From the NCBI GenBank assembly GCA_002269645.1, contig NIVC01001051.1, positions 186,001 to 250,000 on the forward strand: a DNA stretch of 64,000 bases, given 5' to 3'. Below the pieces are notes generated by a model that saw nothing but the letters and a program-made list of their open reading frames with translations, had not been told where the DNA came from and searched no databases. The position numbers were made by a program, and so were the translations under genes. Position 1 is the stretch's first letter. Each line of letters begins with the position of its first letter. The stretch is from Macrostomum lignano (taxonomy: Eukaryota). Shown here piece after piece: positions 22,801-31,650 of this stretch.

Positions 22801-23572
22801 TAATATAGCTGTCATCCTTCTGTAATCTAGCTGTCATCCTCCTCTAATCTAGCTTTCATCTATCTGTAATCTAGCTGTCATTCTCCTGTAATCTAGCTGT
22901 CATCAACCTGTAATCTAGCTGTCATCTATCTGTCCTCTAGCTGTAATCTAGGTGTCATCCTCCTGTTAATCTAGCTGTCATCTATCTGTCCTCTAGCTGT
23001 AATCTAGCTGTCATCAACCTGTAATCTAGCTGTCATCTATCTGTCCTCTAGCTGTAATCTACCTGTTATCTACATGTTACCTGTAATCTAGCTATCATTC
23101 ATTTGTCGCATACCCGTCATCCACCCGACGTCCCACAGTGCATCGCTGCCACCCGGACGAGTGGACGGCCTGTGAGGTGTCCCGCTCCGGCCGGTCCGCC
23201 TATTTCTTCAGCCGAGGCCTCTCTGACTGGGCCGACGCCCGGCGAACCTGCCGATCAATGGGCGCCGACCTGGCCGTGATTGACAGCCCGGAGGAGAACG
23301 CGGAGGTGTTCGCGCACCTGGTCGGCGCCAGCTGGATCGGCATGTACAGATCCGGCGGCCGGTTCGTCTGGGTGGGCGGGCCGGTCGCTCGCAGCGAAGG
23401 CTACCGGAACTTCGCGGCGGGGACCGAGCAGGCGGAGCTGGACTGGCAGTTCAACTGCGTGGCCATGAGCGGCGTCTCCAGCCTGAGCGGCGCTGGCGGC
23501 GGCGGCAGCGGCGGCTGGCTACCGGCGGCCTGTCACCGACACCTCCGCTTCGTGTGCCAGTATTCCGCCTGA
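13299..23572 (+). CDS. Secreted 1438-aa protein: signal peptide + six tandem ~190-200 aa unrecognised domains + C-terminal C-type lectin-like domain; join(13299-13837,14406-14810,15414-15671,16297-16956,17531-18145,18537-19115,20214-20828,21782-21993,23139-23572)
   Basis: All nine exons join in frame (4317 nt = 1439 codons including the stop) with matching phases (2,2,2,2,2,2,2,1). accATGG start and hydrophobic [20 protein letters not shown]. The same motif series recurs six times. Intron 1 needs a GC donor. Confidence 0.85.
13900..14360. repeat. 22-bp minisatellite with palindromic unit (atccca-tta-tgggat core)
   Basis: Unit atccaagatcccattatgggat recurring every 22 bp. Confidence 0.85.
14406..14810 (+). 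CDS. Exon 2: N-terminal half of repeat domain 2
   Basis: ttcag| acceptor and TG|gtgag donor; ACSKP...IKGRPVFVL...[10 protein letters not shown]. Confidence 0.85.
14890..15210. repeat. 14-bp minisatellite (ttcccaaatcccag)
   Basis: Repeating unit visible. Confidence 0.9.
15414..15671 (+). CDS. Exon 3: C-terminal half of repeat domain 2
   Basis: ccgcag| acceptor and AG|gtgagc donor; PYVPLRLSL...[18 protein letters not shown]. Confidence 0.82.
16040..16240. repeat. 63-bp tandem repeat, 3 copies
   Basis: caaagtcaaaggacacccacctcacgcg... recurring every 63 bp. Confidence 0.9.
16297..16956 (+). CDS. Exon 4: repeat domain 3
   Basis: 660 nt, phase 2-2; RCRL...[11 protein letters not shown]...[10 protein letters not shown]...[14 protein letters not shown]. 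Confidence 0.85.
17003..17397. repeat. 16-bp minisatellite (cctagcaacctggtat), ~24 near-identical copies
   Basis: Homogeneous tandem array. Confidence 0.95.
17531..18145 (+). CDS. Exon 5: repeat domain 4
   Basis: 615 nt, phase 2-2; LFVEPAFCL...PYLSLRMAL...[14 protein letters not shown]. Confidence 0.85.
18235..18500. repeat. 7-bp degenerate repeat (gatccct)
   Basis: Repeating unit visible. Confidence 0.8.
18537..19115 (+). CDS. Exon 6: repeat domain 5
   Basis: 579 nt, phase 2-2; [11 protein letters not shown]...[10 protein letters not shown]...[14 protein letters not shown]|gtaagc. Confidence 0.87.
19130..20160. repeat. 13-bp minisatellite (ctcggattgggat), ~79 copies
   Basis: Almost perfectly homogeneous array filling intron 6. 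Confidence 0.97.
20214..20828 (+). CDS. Exon 7: repeat domain 6
   Basis: 615 nt, phase 2-2; [11 protein letters not shown]...LLIEPLLCF...[14 protein letters not shown]. Confidence 0.85.
20890..21440. repeat. 20-bp minisatellite (aggatgtgggatctgagcat)
   Basis: Repeating unit visible. Confidence 0.92.
21782..21993 (+). CDS. Exon 8: tail of repeat 6 + linker
   Basis: ctcgcag| acceptor and G|gtgaga donor; bridges phase 2 to phase 1. Confidence 0.75.
22035..23095. repeat. Composite array: 11-bp (cctgtcayctg) then 22-bp (tagctgtcatctatctgtagtc) units
   Basis: Repeating units visible in intron 8. Confidence 0.9.
23139..23572 (+). CDS. Exon 9: C-type lectin-like domain, terminal exon
   Basis: C..W...C, AYFF, W.DARRTC...[20 protein letters not shown]......FVC: the long-form CTLD pattern with six Cys. 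Confidence 0.92.
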
Positions 23573-23769
23573 GGACGGCCAGATGTGCATGACTCAGCCG
23601 CAGCTCGACTCGAAACTCACAGCTGTGTGTGTTGTTTCTTTTCTGAATCAAAAACTTGCGACTTAAGTTTATGCGTGATCGACACTTTGGGGGTTCGCGA
23701 AATCCGCCGCACTGACTTCGCGGGACTAAATAATTCACGTATTAGTGGTGTTTTTTAGTTCACCGAAAC

Positions 23770-24285
23770 CTTGATTCACTGATTCTTGGGGATTCACACA
23801 TTCTTGGAGCATTCACTGATTCTTAGGGATTCATTGATTGTTGGGGATTCACTGATTCTTGGATATTCACTGATTCTTTGGGGATTCACTGATTCTTGGG
23901 GGATTCACTGATTGTTGAGGATTCACTGATTCTTGGGGGATTCACTGATTGTTGAGGATTCACTAATTATTGGGGATTCACTGATTTTTGGGGATTCACT
24001 GACTCTTGGATATTCACTGATTCTTGGGGGATTCACTGATTGTTGAGGATTCACTGATTGTTGGGGATTCACTGATTATTGGGGATTCACTGATTGTTGG
24101 GGATTGTTGGATATTCACTGATTGTTGGGGATTCACTGATTGTTGGGGATTGTTGGATATTCACTGATTGTTGGGGATTCACTGATTGTTGAGGATTCAG
24201 TGACTGTTGGGGATTCACTGATTGTTGGAGATTCAGTGATTGTGGTATTCACTGATTTCTGGATTCAGTGATTGTTGGATTCTGT
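23770..24285. repeat. ~20-bp degenerate minisatellite (ggggattcactgattgtt)
   Basis: Repeating unit visible. Confidence 0.88.
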
Positions 24286-25739
24286 TAAGATTTTTTATAG
24301 TTATCAAGTTCACACTTTTCTAGACCTTTCGATTCACGAAATATTAAGCTTCAAAAATTTCAATGCTTCATTGAGTCACATATTTTTTGTTTCGGGGTTC
24401 TAGAATCACAGCAGACTGTTTCATAAAAATTGTTGAAAGCTATAAAAAGAATTTTTTATTCATTTGTCTGTTTTAAAATGATTTTTTCCCCGACAATCCT
24501 CTCGCCAGTTAAAACAATTTTTGTTTCCTGCACGAATCATAAAATTTGGGCTCTTGCATTCTTTTCAGTTGTTGATTTTCAGCCTCAAAAGTTATTAAAA
24601 ATCTTCCATTGATCTCATTTACATTCATCACAGCCAGCTAAAACTTTTATTATAAAAATCATTTTTTGTTAAAACTATTTTTATTTTTTTATCGCTCGCG
24701 TGCACTTATTTTAAGTTGCAGTCTGCCGGTCGCAATGTACACATTTTTTCCAACTCTTTAATTTAAAGCTGTTTTTTATCTGCATGCTTTTCTGGTAATG
24801 TAAAAAACTAAAATTAAAAACATTAAAAAAGCGTTTTGAGGAAAATAATTGTTTGCGCAAGTCTAAAAGCGAATAGCAAACCCGGAAAAACATTAGCTAT
24901 TTTTCTTTATTGCCGCCATGCAGTCACAATTGCTGTTTGAATTGCTGACAATGTGGATTTCGAAGACTTTATTCTAGGAAATACCCTCGTAATTCACTAC
25001 AGCCCCACAAACTAGGGTTAACCTTGGCTAAACTGAAGCTAAAATTATTTTCTATTTACAAAAATATGTGCTATTTTTGATTAAATAAGTAGGGTGGTTG
25101 AGAACTGACTCCACCAGCTTGGTAATTGAAAATACAAAAAATATTTGTTAAAAATAAAGCTTTTAAAAGGAGACAAATGACTTGGTCCATTGTTACCAAT
25201 GCTTTAGAAAACAGAACAGCACAGTCCTATTATGTGTTCTGACATAACAACATATTCTAAGTTTTTTTACCTCAAACGTACATGTACAGTTTATTTATAG
25301 ATAATAAATTTAACAATTCACCCGAGCACAGTAAATAAAATGGTATTTAAAAAAGAGAATTACTTCAGTGATTAAAATACATATAAAAATGAATTTTGAT
25401 GTCAATTTGTTACTCCCAACAGCTATGTTAGATAAAACAATACGAAAATGTGTTAAATATTGTATTAATATGCCGTGATTCTCCGATTCTCAATAAAACA
25501 AGCATAAAACTGTTATTTACAGACCCTTAGTACTTTTATAAAGATTTTCACAAATGAGGAATGTTGCGGAAGTACTTTTGACGCATGGCCTTAGATGTCA
25601 GTGAGCGACTACCAAATTTTATTAGTTACCTAAACAACTAGTTTTCATTTTTGGCGTAAATTATTTTGGCCATAATGGGAGAACGGATAGATAAATATGG
25701 CAGCCAGATAGAGGCTAGATAAGGACAGCGGTAGCCAGA

Positions 25740-25955
25740 TAAAAATCTAGATAAAGACAAGGGTGGCCAGAGATAAAGTCAGATAAGTACAAGGGTGGTC
25801 AGATAAAGGTCAGATAAGTACAAGGGTGGTCAGATAAAGGTCAGATAAGTACAAGGGTGGTCAGATAAAGGTTAGATAAGGACAAGGGTGGTCAGATAAA
25901 GGTTAGATAAGGACAAGGGTGGTCAGATAAAGGTCAGATAAGGACAAGGGTGGCC
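25740..25955. repeat. 31-bp minisatellite (agataaaggtcagataagtacaagggtggtc)
   Basis: About 5-6 copies. Confidence 0.85.
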
Positions 25956-26023
25956 AGGTACTAATGAACTTAGCGCTCCATATAAAACTAAAATCAAACC
26001 CGATTAGTCAGGAGTAGCAGCTG

Positions 26024-26494
26024 TTACACCTGATGCGATGAGTAGCTCGGGCGGCCATACGGCATGCTGGCATAAGCTGTGTTGTCCGCCTGCCTCATGG
26101 ACGGCGGCTGCTGCTGGAAGGTGCCCTGTGGCACCGCCGAAGCGTACGTGGGATTCAAGTTTGATTGCACCTGCGGATGCTGCGGTGGCGGCGGCCCGCC
26201 AGCCAGGTTAATTCCCCTGGCCGGGTCCAGGTAAACCGGGTCCATGTTTACGTTGGTCTGATGACCGGTTGGCAGGTAGGCCTGCTGCATCCCCGGCTGC
26301 CTCTGGAACATCAGCTGCCTCTGCTGCTGCACCGCCCACATCCGGTTCTTGCCGGCCCCGCCGCCTCCGCCGCTTCTGTCTAGGCGATACTTGCGGCAGC
26401 AGATGATGCCCAGGGCGATGGCAAAGATCAGGGCGACTCCGCCGCCAAGCATCGCTATGAGCAGGCGCTCCTCGTACGGGTCAAGGCCGACCAT
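26024..26494 (-). CDS. Single-pass membrane protein of 156 aa with Gln/Pro/Tyr-rich cytoplasmic tail (may have further upstream coding exons)
   Basis: LLIAMLGGGVALIFAIALGII hydrophobic segment followed by CCRKYR (stop-transfer and possible palmitoylation). GC-rich coding-like composition; ttgcag| acceptor 7 nt upstream of the ATG (exon begins 26501). Confidence 0.7.
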   Translation of the reverse strand: MVGLDPYEERLLIAMLGGGVALIFAIALGIICCRKYRLDRSGGGGGAGKNRMWAVQQQRQLMFQRQPGMQQAYLPTGHQTNVNMDPVYLDPARGINLAGGPPPPQHPQVQSNLNPTYASAVPQGTFQQQPPSMRQADNTAYASMPYGRPSYSSHQV

Positions 26495-26509
26495 TTGCGG
26501 TCTGCAATT

Positions 26510-27060
26510 TGGTCACGGAAAGATTTGGTCATAGGGAGATTTGGTCATGGAGAGATTTGGTCATGGAGAGATTTGGTCATGGATAGATTTGGTCATGGAG
26601 AGATTTGGTCATGGAGAGATTTGGTCATGGATAGATTTGGTCATGGATAGATTTGGTCATGGAGAGATTTGGTCATGGAGAGATTTGATCATAGGGAGAT
26701 TTGGTCATGGAGAGATTTGGTCATGGAGAGATTTGGTCATGGAGAGATTTGGTCATGGAGAAATTTGGTCATGGAGAGATTTGCTCATGGAGAGATTTGG
26801 TCATGGAGAGATTTGGTCATGGAGAGATTTGGTCATGGAGAGATTAGGTCATGGATAGATTTGGTCATGGATAGATTTGGTCATGGATAGATTTAGTCAT
26901 GGATAGATTTAGTCATGGATAGATTTGGTCATGGAAAGACTTGGTCAAATGAAGATATGGTCATATGGTTATTTGGTCATATGAAGATTTGGTCATGGAT
27001 AGATTTGGTCATGGAGAGATTGGTCATCGAGAGATTGGTCATCGAGAGATTGGTCATGGA
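26510..27060. repeat. 16-bp minisatellite (tttggtcatggagaga)
   Basis: Repeating unit visible. Confidence 0.93.
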
Positions 27061-29199
27061 GAGATGGTTACATAGCGGTTAGGTTAGGGACATGTCTAAA
27101 CACAGCATAGGTCATATACTAGTGAGATCTAGGGATAATATCCCATCAAAAGTACATCAAAGTCATCTTAAAAAGCTTTGATGTCAGTCTATCTGGCTGC
27201 CTATCGATCCGCAGCTCAGGTAAGAAGTGTGCCAGCAAACTTAATTATTAGCTCTAGTGGGTAAGACTTCAATTCACTGAGAAAACTTACTTCAGCCTCT
27301 TGGTTGCCCTTTGAATAGCGGAAGGAAAAAGAAGGCAAGGCTCTCCTCAGAATTGCCGCAGGATTTTGTTGTTACGCGAATTTCTGCTCAAATTTATGCT
27401 TTCACGAGCGACTTCCGGTTTGGAGAGGCCTTTTCTGTCTACTGGCTTGCTGGCTGCAAAATTAATTAAGAAGAGAAAGAAGAGAAAGAAAGGGTTACAG
27501 AGGGTAGAAGAGGTATTGCACACTGTACAGCACTCAGCAAAGCCAAGTTTTGCAAGCTTCTGTTCTCTCTCTTGAGCCAGTCCGAGTTCAGGCCGTGCAC
27601 CCACCCACCCCGGGAGTGTACATTGAGTTGACACAGCCCCAGAGGTAACTGTTGTTTGGCTGTGTGCTCAGCCGCTCAACCCCTCCAGTGACTCAGAGAA
27701 AATAGAAAATGGAATGGCAAGATGGCGATGCATTTTAATGCTAACATTTAAAGCGGGTCTCTACGCTGACTTCGTATAAAGTTGATCAGCGCAAACGTCT
27801 GATTATAATGACCGGTCATTAATAAGTAAGCCGGTTTCGGCCATAGACAATTCAATCAATGGATAAATACCGGCGCGAGCCATAGACAAATCGTTGTCAC
27901 GTGCTGCGACCGCTGATTCTTTGCATTGTTTTTCTGCTTGACGATCCTACAGACAATGCATTGTTTGTAGTAATGGATTGTTCTGCATTAAAAATGTGAA
28001 TAATTATCGTCAAATTGCTAAACAATGCAACTACGAGCTAATATGAAGCGAGAATTTCAGTTAATGGCCAAATTGCCACTTCGTGCGCGCAATAAACTGA
28101 GAATAGGGGTTGCTATGTGGCATAAAAATAAGCTAGATGTAGATGAGAAGTAGACTGAAGGTCGACTGAGAAGTAGAGTAAGAAATAAACTGATAAGTAG
28201 ACAGAAAAGTAGCCTGAGAAGTAGCCTCAGAATTGGGAGAAGTAGCCTGAAAAGTAGACAGTTGAATATAGAACTGAGAAGTAGAACTGAGTAGACTGAG
28301 AAGTAGAATGAGAAGTAGACTGAAAAGTAGACTAATAGACGGCGGAGACAGAAAGTTCAGAATAATACGCTTCTAGCTTTCATAATTTAATTAGAGTTTT
28401 ATCGGAGCAAATAAGTTATTGTAGTGAATAATTCCTTGCTTTGGTGTTCAGTCATATTAGCTTAAAACTTACACTGCTTTGTGTGTGTCTGCATATTGGA
28501 TAGATATGCATAGAGCAGATAGAGATAGACTACAGGTAACTGTCTGGCAGCTACTCAAGGGGGGGCTGATTAGTTGTCCCCAGATACAGCAGACGCAGAC
28601 TCTGTCTCAAGTCGGCTGCTGGGGCGTGGGGGGGGGGCAAGCGGTCCCGTCTCTACTCTCCCTCTCCCTCTCTATTTCTCTCGATTATGCATTGAACTTC
28701 TTCACGGGCTGTGCTGGGGAGGGGGGTTGCTGCCCAATCCACAATGCAGCTATGCTCTGTCTGTGCAGGCGACTCAACTCAAGGCCCAGCCTAAGTCATG
28801 GAGTACTCGACCGAGAATCTGGACCAGGAAGTCTGGTCAGCCAAGTCTTCTTATTCGTTGCAGGTCTCCTTGGCCAGCACAGCGCCTTCCTCCCTCCCTA
28901 CTTCTCTCTTTCGTATCAGCTTAGCATTGCTTTGGTTTCTTTAGCGTCTTTCTCTCGCTGTCTCACCCCTCTGCCCCTCTTAGTAACCAAAAGCAGTACC
29001 TCTAATCGTAAGCATATTAGATTTAAAATGCTATTTGATGAAGGATTTGAGCTAAATAGTTTGTATTGGAGGACCTAATGGCCAACTGGTCAAATGCGTT
29101 AGTAAAGTTTTCCAGTTGTAGCTTAATTATTAACTAAAAAATTGCAATATCTCAAAACAGCCAAGTCCATTCATTAGGTTGATCAAGGTAAGCGAAGAA

Positions 29200-29766
29200 C
29201 TCTGCATACTGAAAGAGAACATGATCTGTGAGTCTCTAGGCTGCTCTGTATACTGAAAGAGAACATGATCTGTGAGTCTCTAGGCTGCTCTGTATACTGA
29301 AAGAGAACATGATCTGTGAGTCTCTAGGCTGCTCTGTATACTGAAAGAGAACATGATCTGTGAGTCTCTAGGCTGCTCTGTATACTGAAAGAGAACATGA
29401 TCTGTGAGTCTCTAGGCTGCTCTGTATGCTGAAAGAGAACATGATCTGTGAGTCTCTAGGCTGCTCTGCATACTGAAAGAGAACATGATCTGTGAGTCTC
29501 TAGGCTGCTCTCTGCATACTGAAAGAGAACATGATCTGTGAGTCTCTAGGCTACTCTGCATACTGAAAGAGAACATGATCTGTGAGTCTCTAGGCTACTC
29601 TGCATACTGAAAGAGAACATGATCTGTGAGTCTCTAGGCTACTCTGTATGCTGAAAGAGAACATGATCTGTGAGTCTCTAGGCTGCTCTGTATGCTGAAA
29701 GAGAACATGATCTGTGAGTCTCTAGGCTGCTCTGTATACTGAAAGAGAACATGATCTGTGAGTCTT
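29200..29766. repeat. 44-bp tandem repeat, ~12.5 copies
   Basis: ctgaaagagaacatgatctgtgagtctctaggctgctctgtata recurring every 44 bp with no spacers. Confidence 0.95.
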
Positions 29767-30210
29767 TATATTGCCTGCAAGCGTGATACAGTCAAGCGAA
29801 TGATCACGGATCACGCAGTCTGCAGGATAAAAACTGGAATGCCAAGAAAAACTGATACGAGAACGAACCCAATTATAAAATCTGAGGGGTTTGGAATCTG
29901 TAAGCCTTGGTTTAACTGTCAAAGCTAAGCTATGGCGGAGACTGCTACAGAAGCACGCACATGAGCTTGAGCAGATCAATTTCATAAAGAGACAGAGAGT
30001 CTTGTTTCCTAGCAAAACACTATCAAGGACCACTGAAGTCTTCTTAAGTAGTCCTTGATCAATGATCAGTTTTCAAACGTACAGCCTGTTTCTTCAATTA
30101 CAAGTACAAAACGATCTATAAATATCCGAAGTTGGCTTTATTAAATTCTTATTTTATACATGCCTGATCTAAGGACTACCAAAGTAGAAGGACGAGAAAC
30201 TATATTTCTT

Positions 30211-30635
30211 AGAAAATGTTAAGGAAGGCTGGTTTTCGCCTAAAAATACACTACGAAGATAGGAACATTTCACTTTTTTCATATTAAAATATGTACACTT
30301 ACTTAGTAGTTTTGATATGTACAATTAAACATGTCATGTGCCTAAAAACCATTAATTAAAATGGCACGGCTGGGTCCTTGATTTTATGAATCTATTTTGT
30401 CATTCTTAGCCGACTGTGTAACAATATGTGTAACAGAGATGATAAAATAGATTCATAAATTTTTAGGTACAGGAAATGTACGTAGAATAAAAATATGACA
30501 TAGAATTCTAATTTTGTAAACGAAAAGCTCTATGAATATCGATAAAGCTAAAAGAAAGGCAGAACATATCAAGAAATAAACATTTTTCTATATAGGTTCT
30601 GCCTCCTATCGAAAGCAATAACAATTTTAATATGA
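30211..30635. mobile_element. Truncated/diverged copy of the MITE family at 38372-38898
   Basis: 30211-30265 resembles the left TIR (gaaaatgtt..gaagg...ttttcgcc.aaaaa.acactac..agatagga). 30455-30630 resembles 38650-38830 (tttttagg.acagga.atgt...gaaaagct.tatgaatatc...ctgcctcctatc). The right end is lost at the 9-bp array. Confidence 0.6.
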
Positions 30636-30641
30636 AAAAAT

Positions 30642-31340
30642 CTGTCTATCCTGTCTATCCTGTCTATCCTGTCTATCCTGTCTATCCTGTCTATTCCTGT
30701 CTATCCTGTCTATCCTGTCTATCCTGTCTATTCCTGTCTATCCTGTCTATCCTGTCTATCCTGTCTATTCCTGTCTATCCTGTCTATCCTATCTATCCTG
30801 TCTATCCTGTCTATTCCTGTCTATCCTGTCTATCCTGTCTATTCTGTCTATCCTGTTTATTCCTGTCTATCCTGTCTATCCTGTCTATCCTGTCTATCCT
30901 GTCTATCCTATCTATCCTGTCTATCCTGTCTATCCTGTCTATCCTGTCTATCCTGTCTATCCTGTTTATTCCTGTCTATCCTGTCTATCCTGTCTATCCT
31001 GTCTATCCTATCTATCCTGTCTATCCTGTCTATCCTGTCTATCCTGTCTATCCTGTCTATCCTGTTTATTCCTGTCTATCCTGTCTATCCTGTCTATCCT
31101 GTCTATCCTGTCTATCCTGTCTATCCTGTCTATCCTGTTTATTCCTGTCTATCCTGTCTATCCTGTCTATCCTGTCTATCCTGTCTATTCCTGTCTATCC
31201 TGTCTATCCTATCTATCCTGTCTATCCTGTCTATCCTGTCTATCCTGTCTATCCTGTCTATCCTGTCTATCCTATCTATCCTGTCTATCCTGTCTATCCT
31301 GTCTATCCTGTCTATCCTGTCTATTCCTGTCTATCCTGTC
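30642..31340. repeat. 9-bp repeat (ctgtctatc)n
   Basis: Repeating unit visible. Confidence 0.95.
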
Positions 31341-31650
31341 TGAATATAGATAGAGAGGAGAAAGGCAGACACAGGGGAGGCAGAGAAACGATAAAAAATA
31401 TCCCAGGACGGAGATGCGAACGGTGAAACTATAGGCACCCGCCCGCATCGCAGGCCCTCCGACTCTCTCTCTCTCTCTAATCCTACATGCCAAGCCTTTG
31501 CTTATTGAATAATTGAATAAAGGCGGCCCCCGAAAAGCCATTATTAAATCTCCATTCCCACCTCCGCTCAAGCGGACGGCCCCCTGCGCTTCAGTCTGTG
31601 GTTTTCTCCCCCCAATATTTTCTGTTCCCCCCAACGCGCCTTTCTACCAG

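Noticed and set aside
28790-28930. ATG GAG TAC... as the first exon of the TIR-SAM gene
   Set aside because: No phase-1 donor was found to match the 31651 acceptor; the 5' end is left unresolved.
29200-29766. CRISPR-like regular 44-bp repeats (also the 62-bp array at 33493)
   Set aside because: Head-to-tail units with no unique spacers, no cas genes, eukaryotic context.
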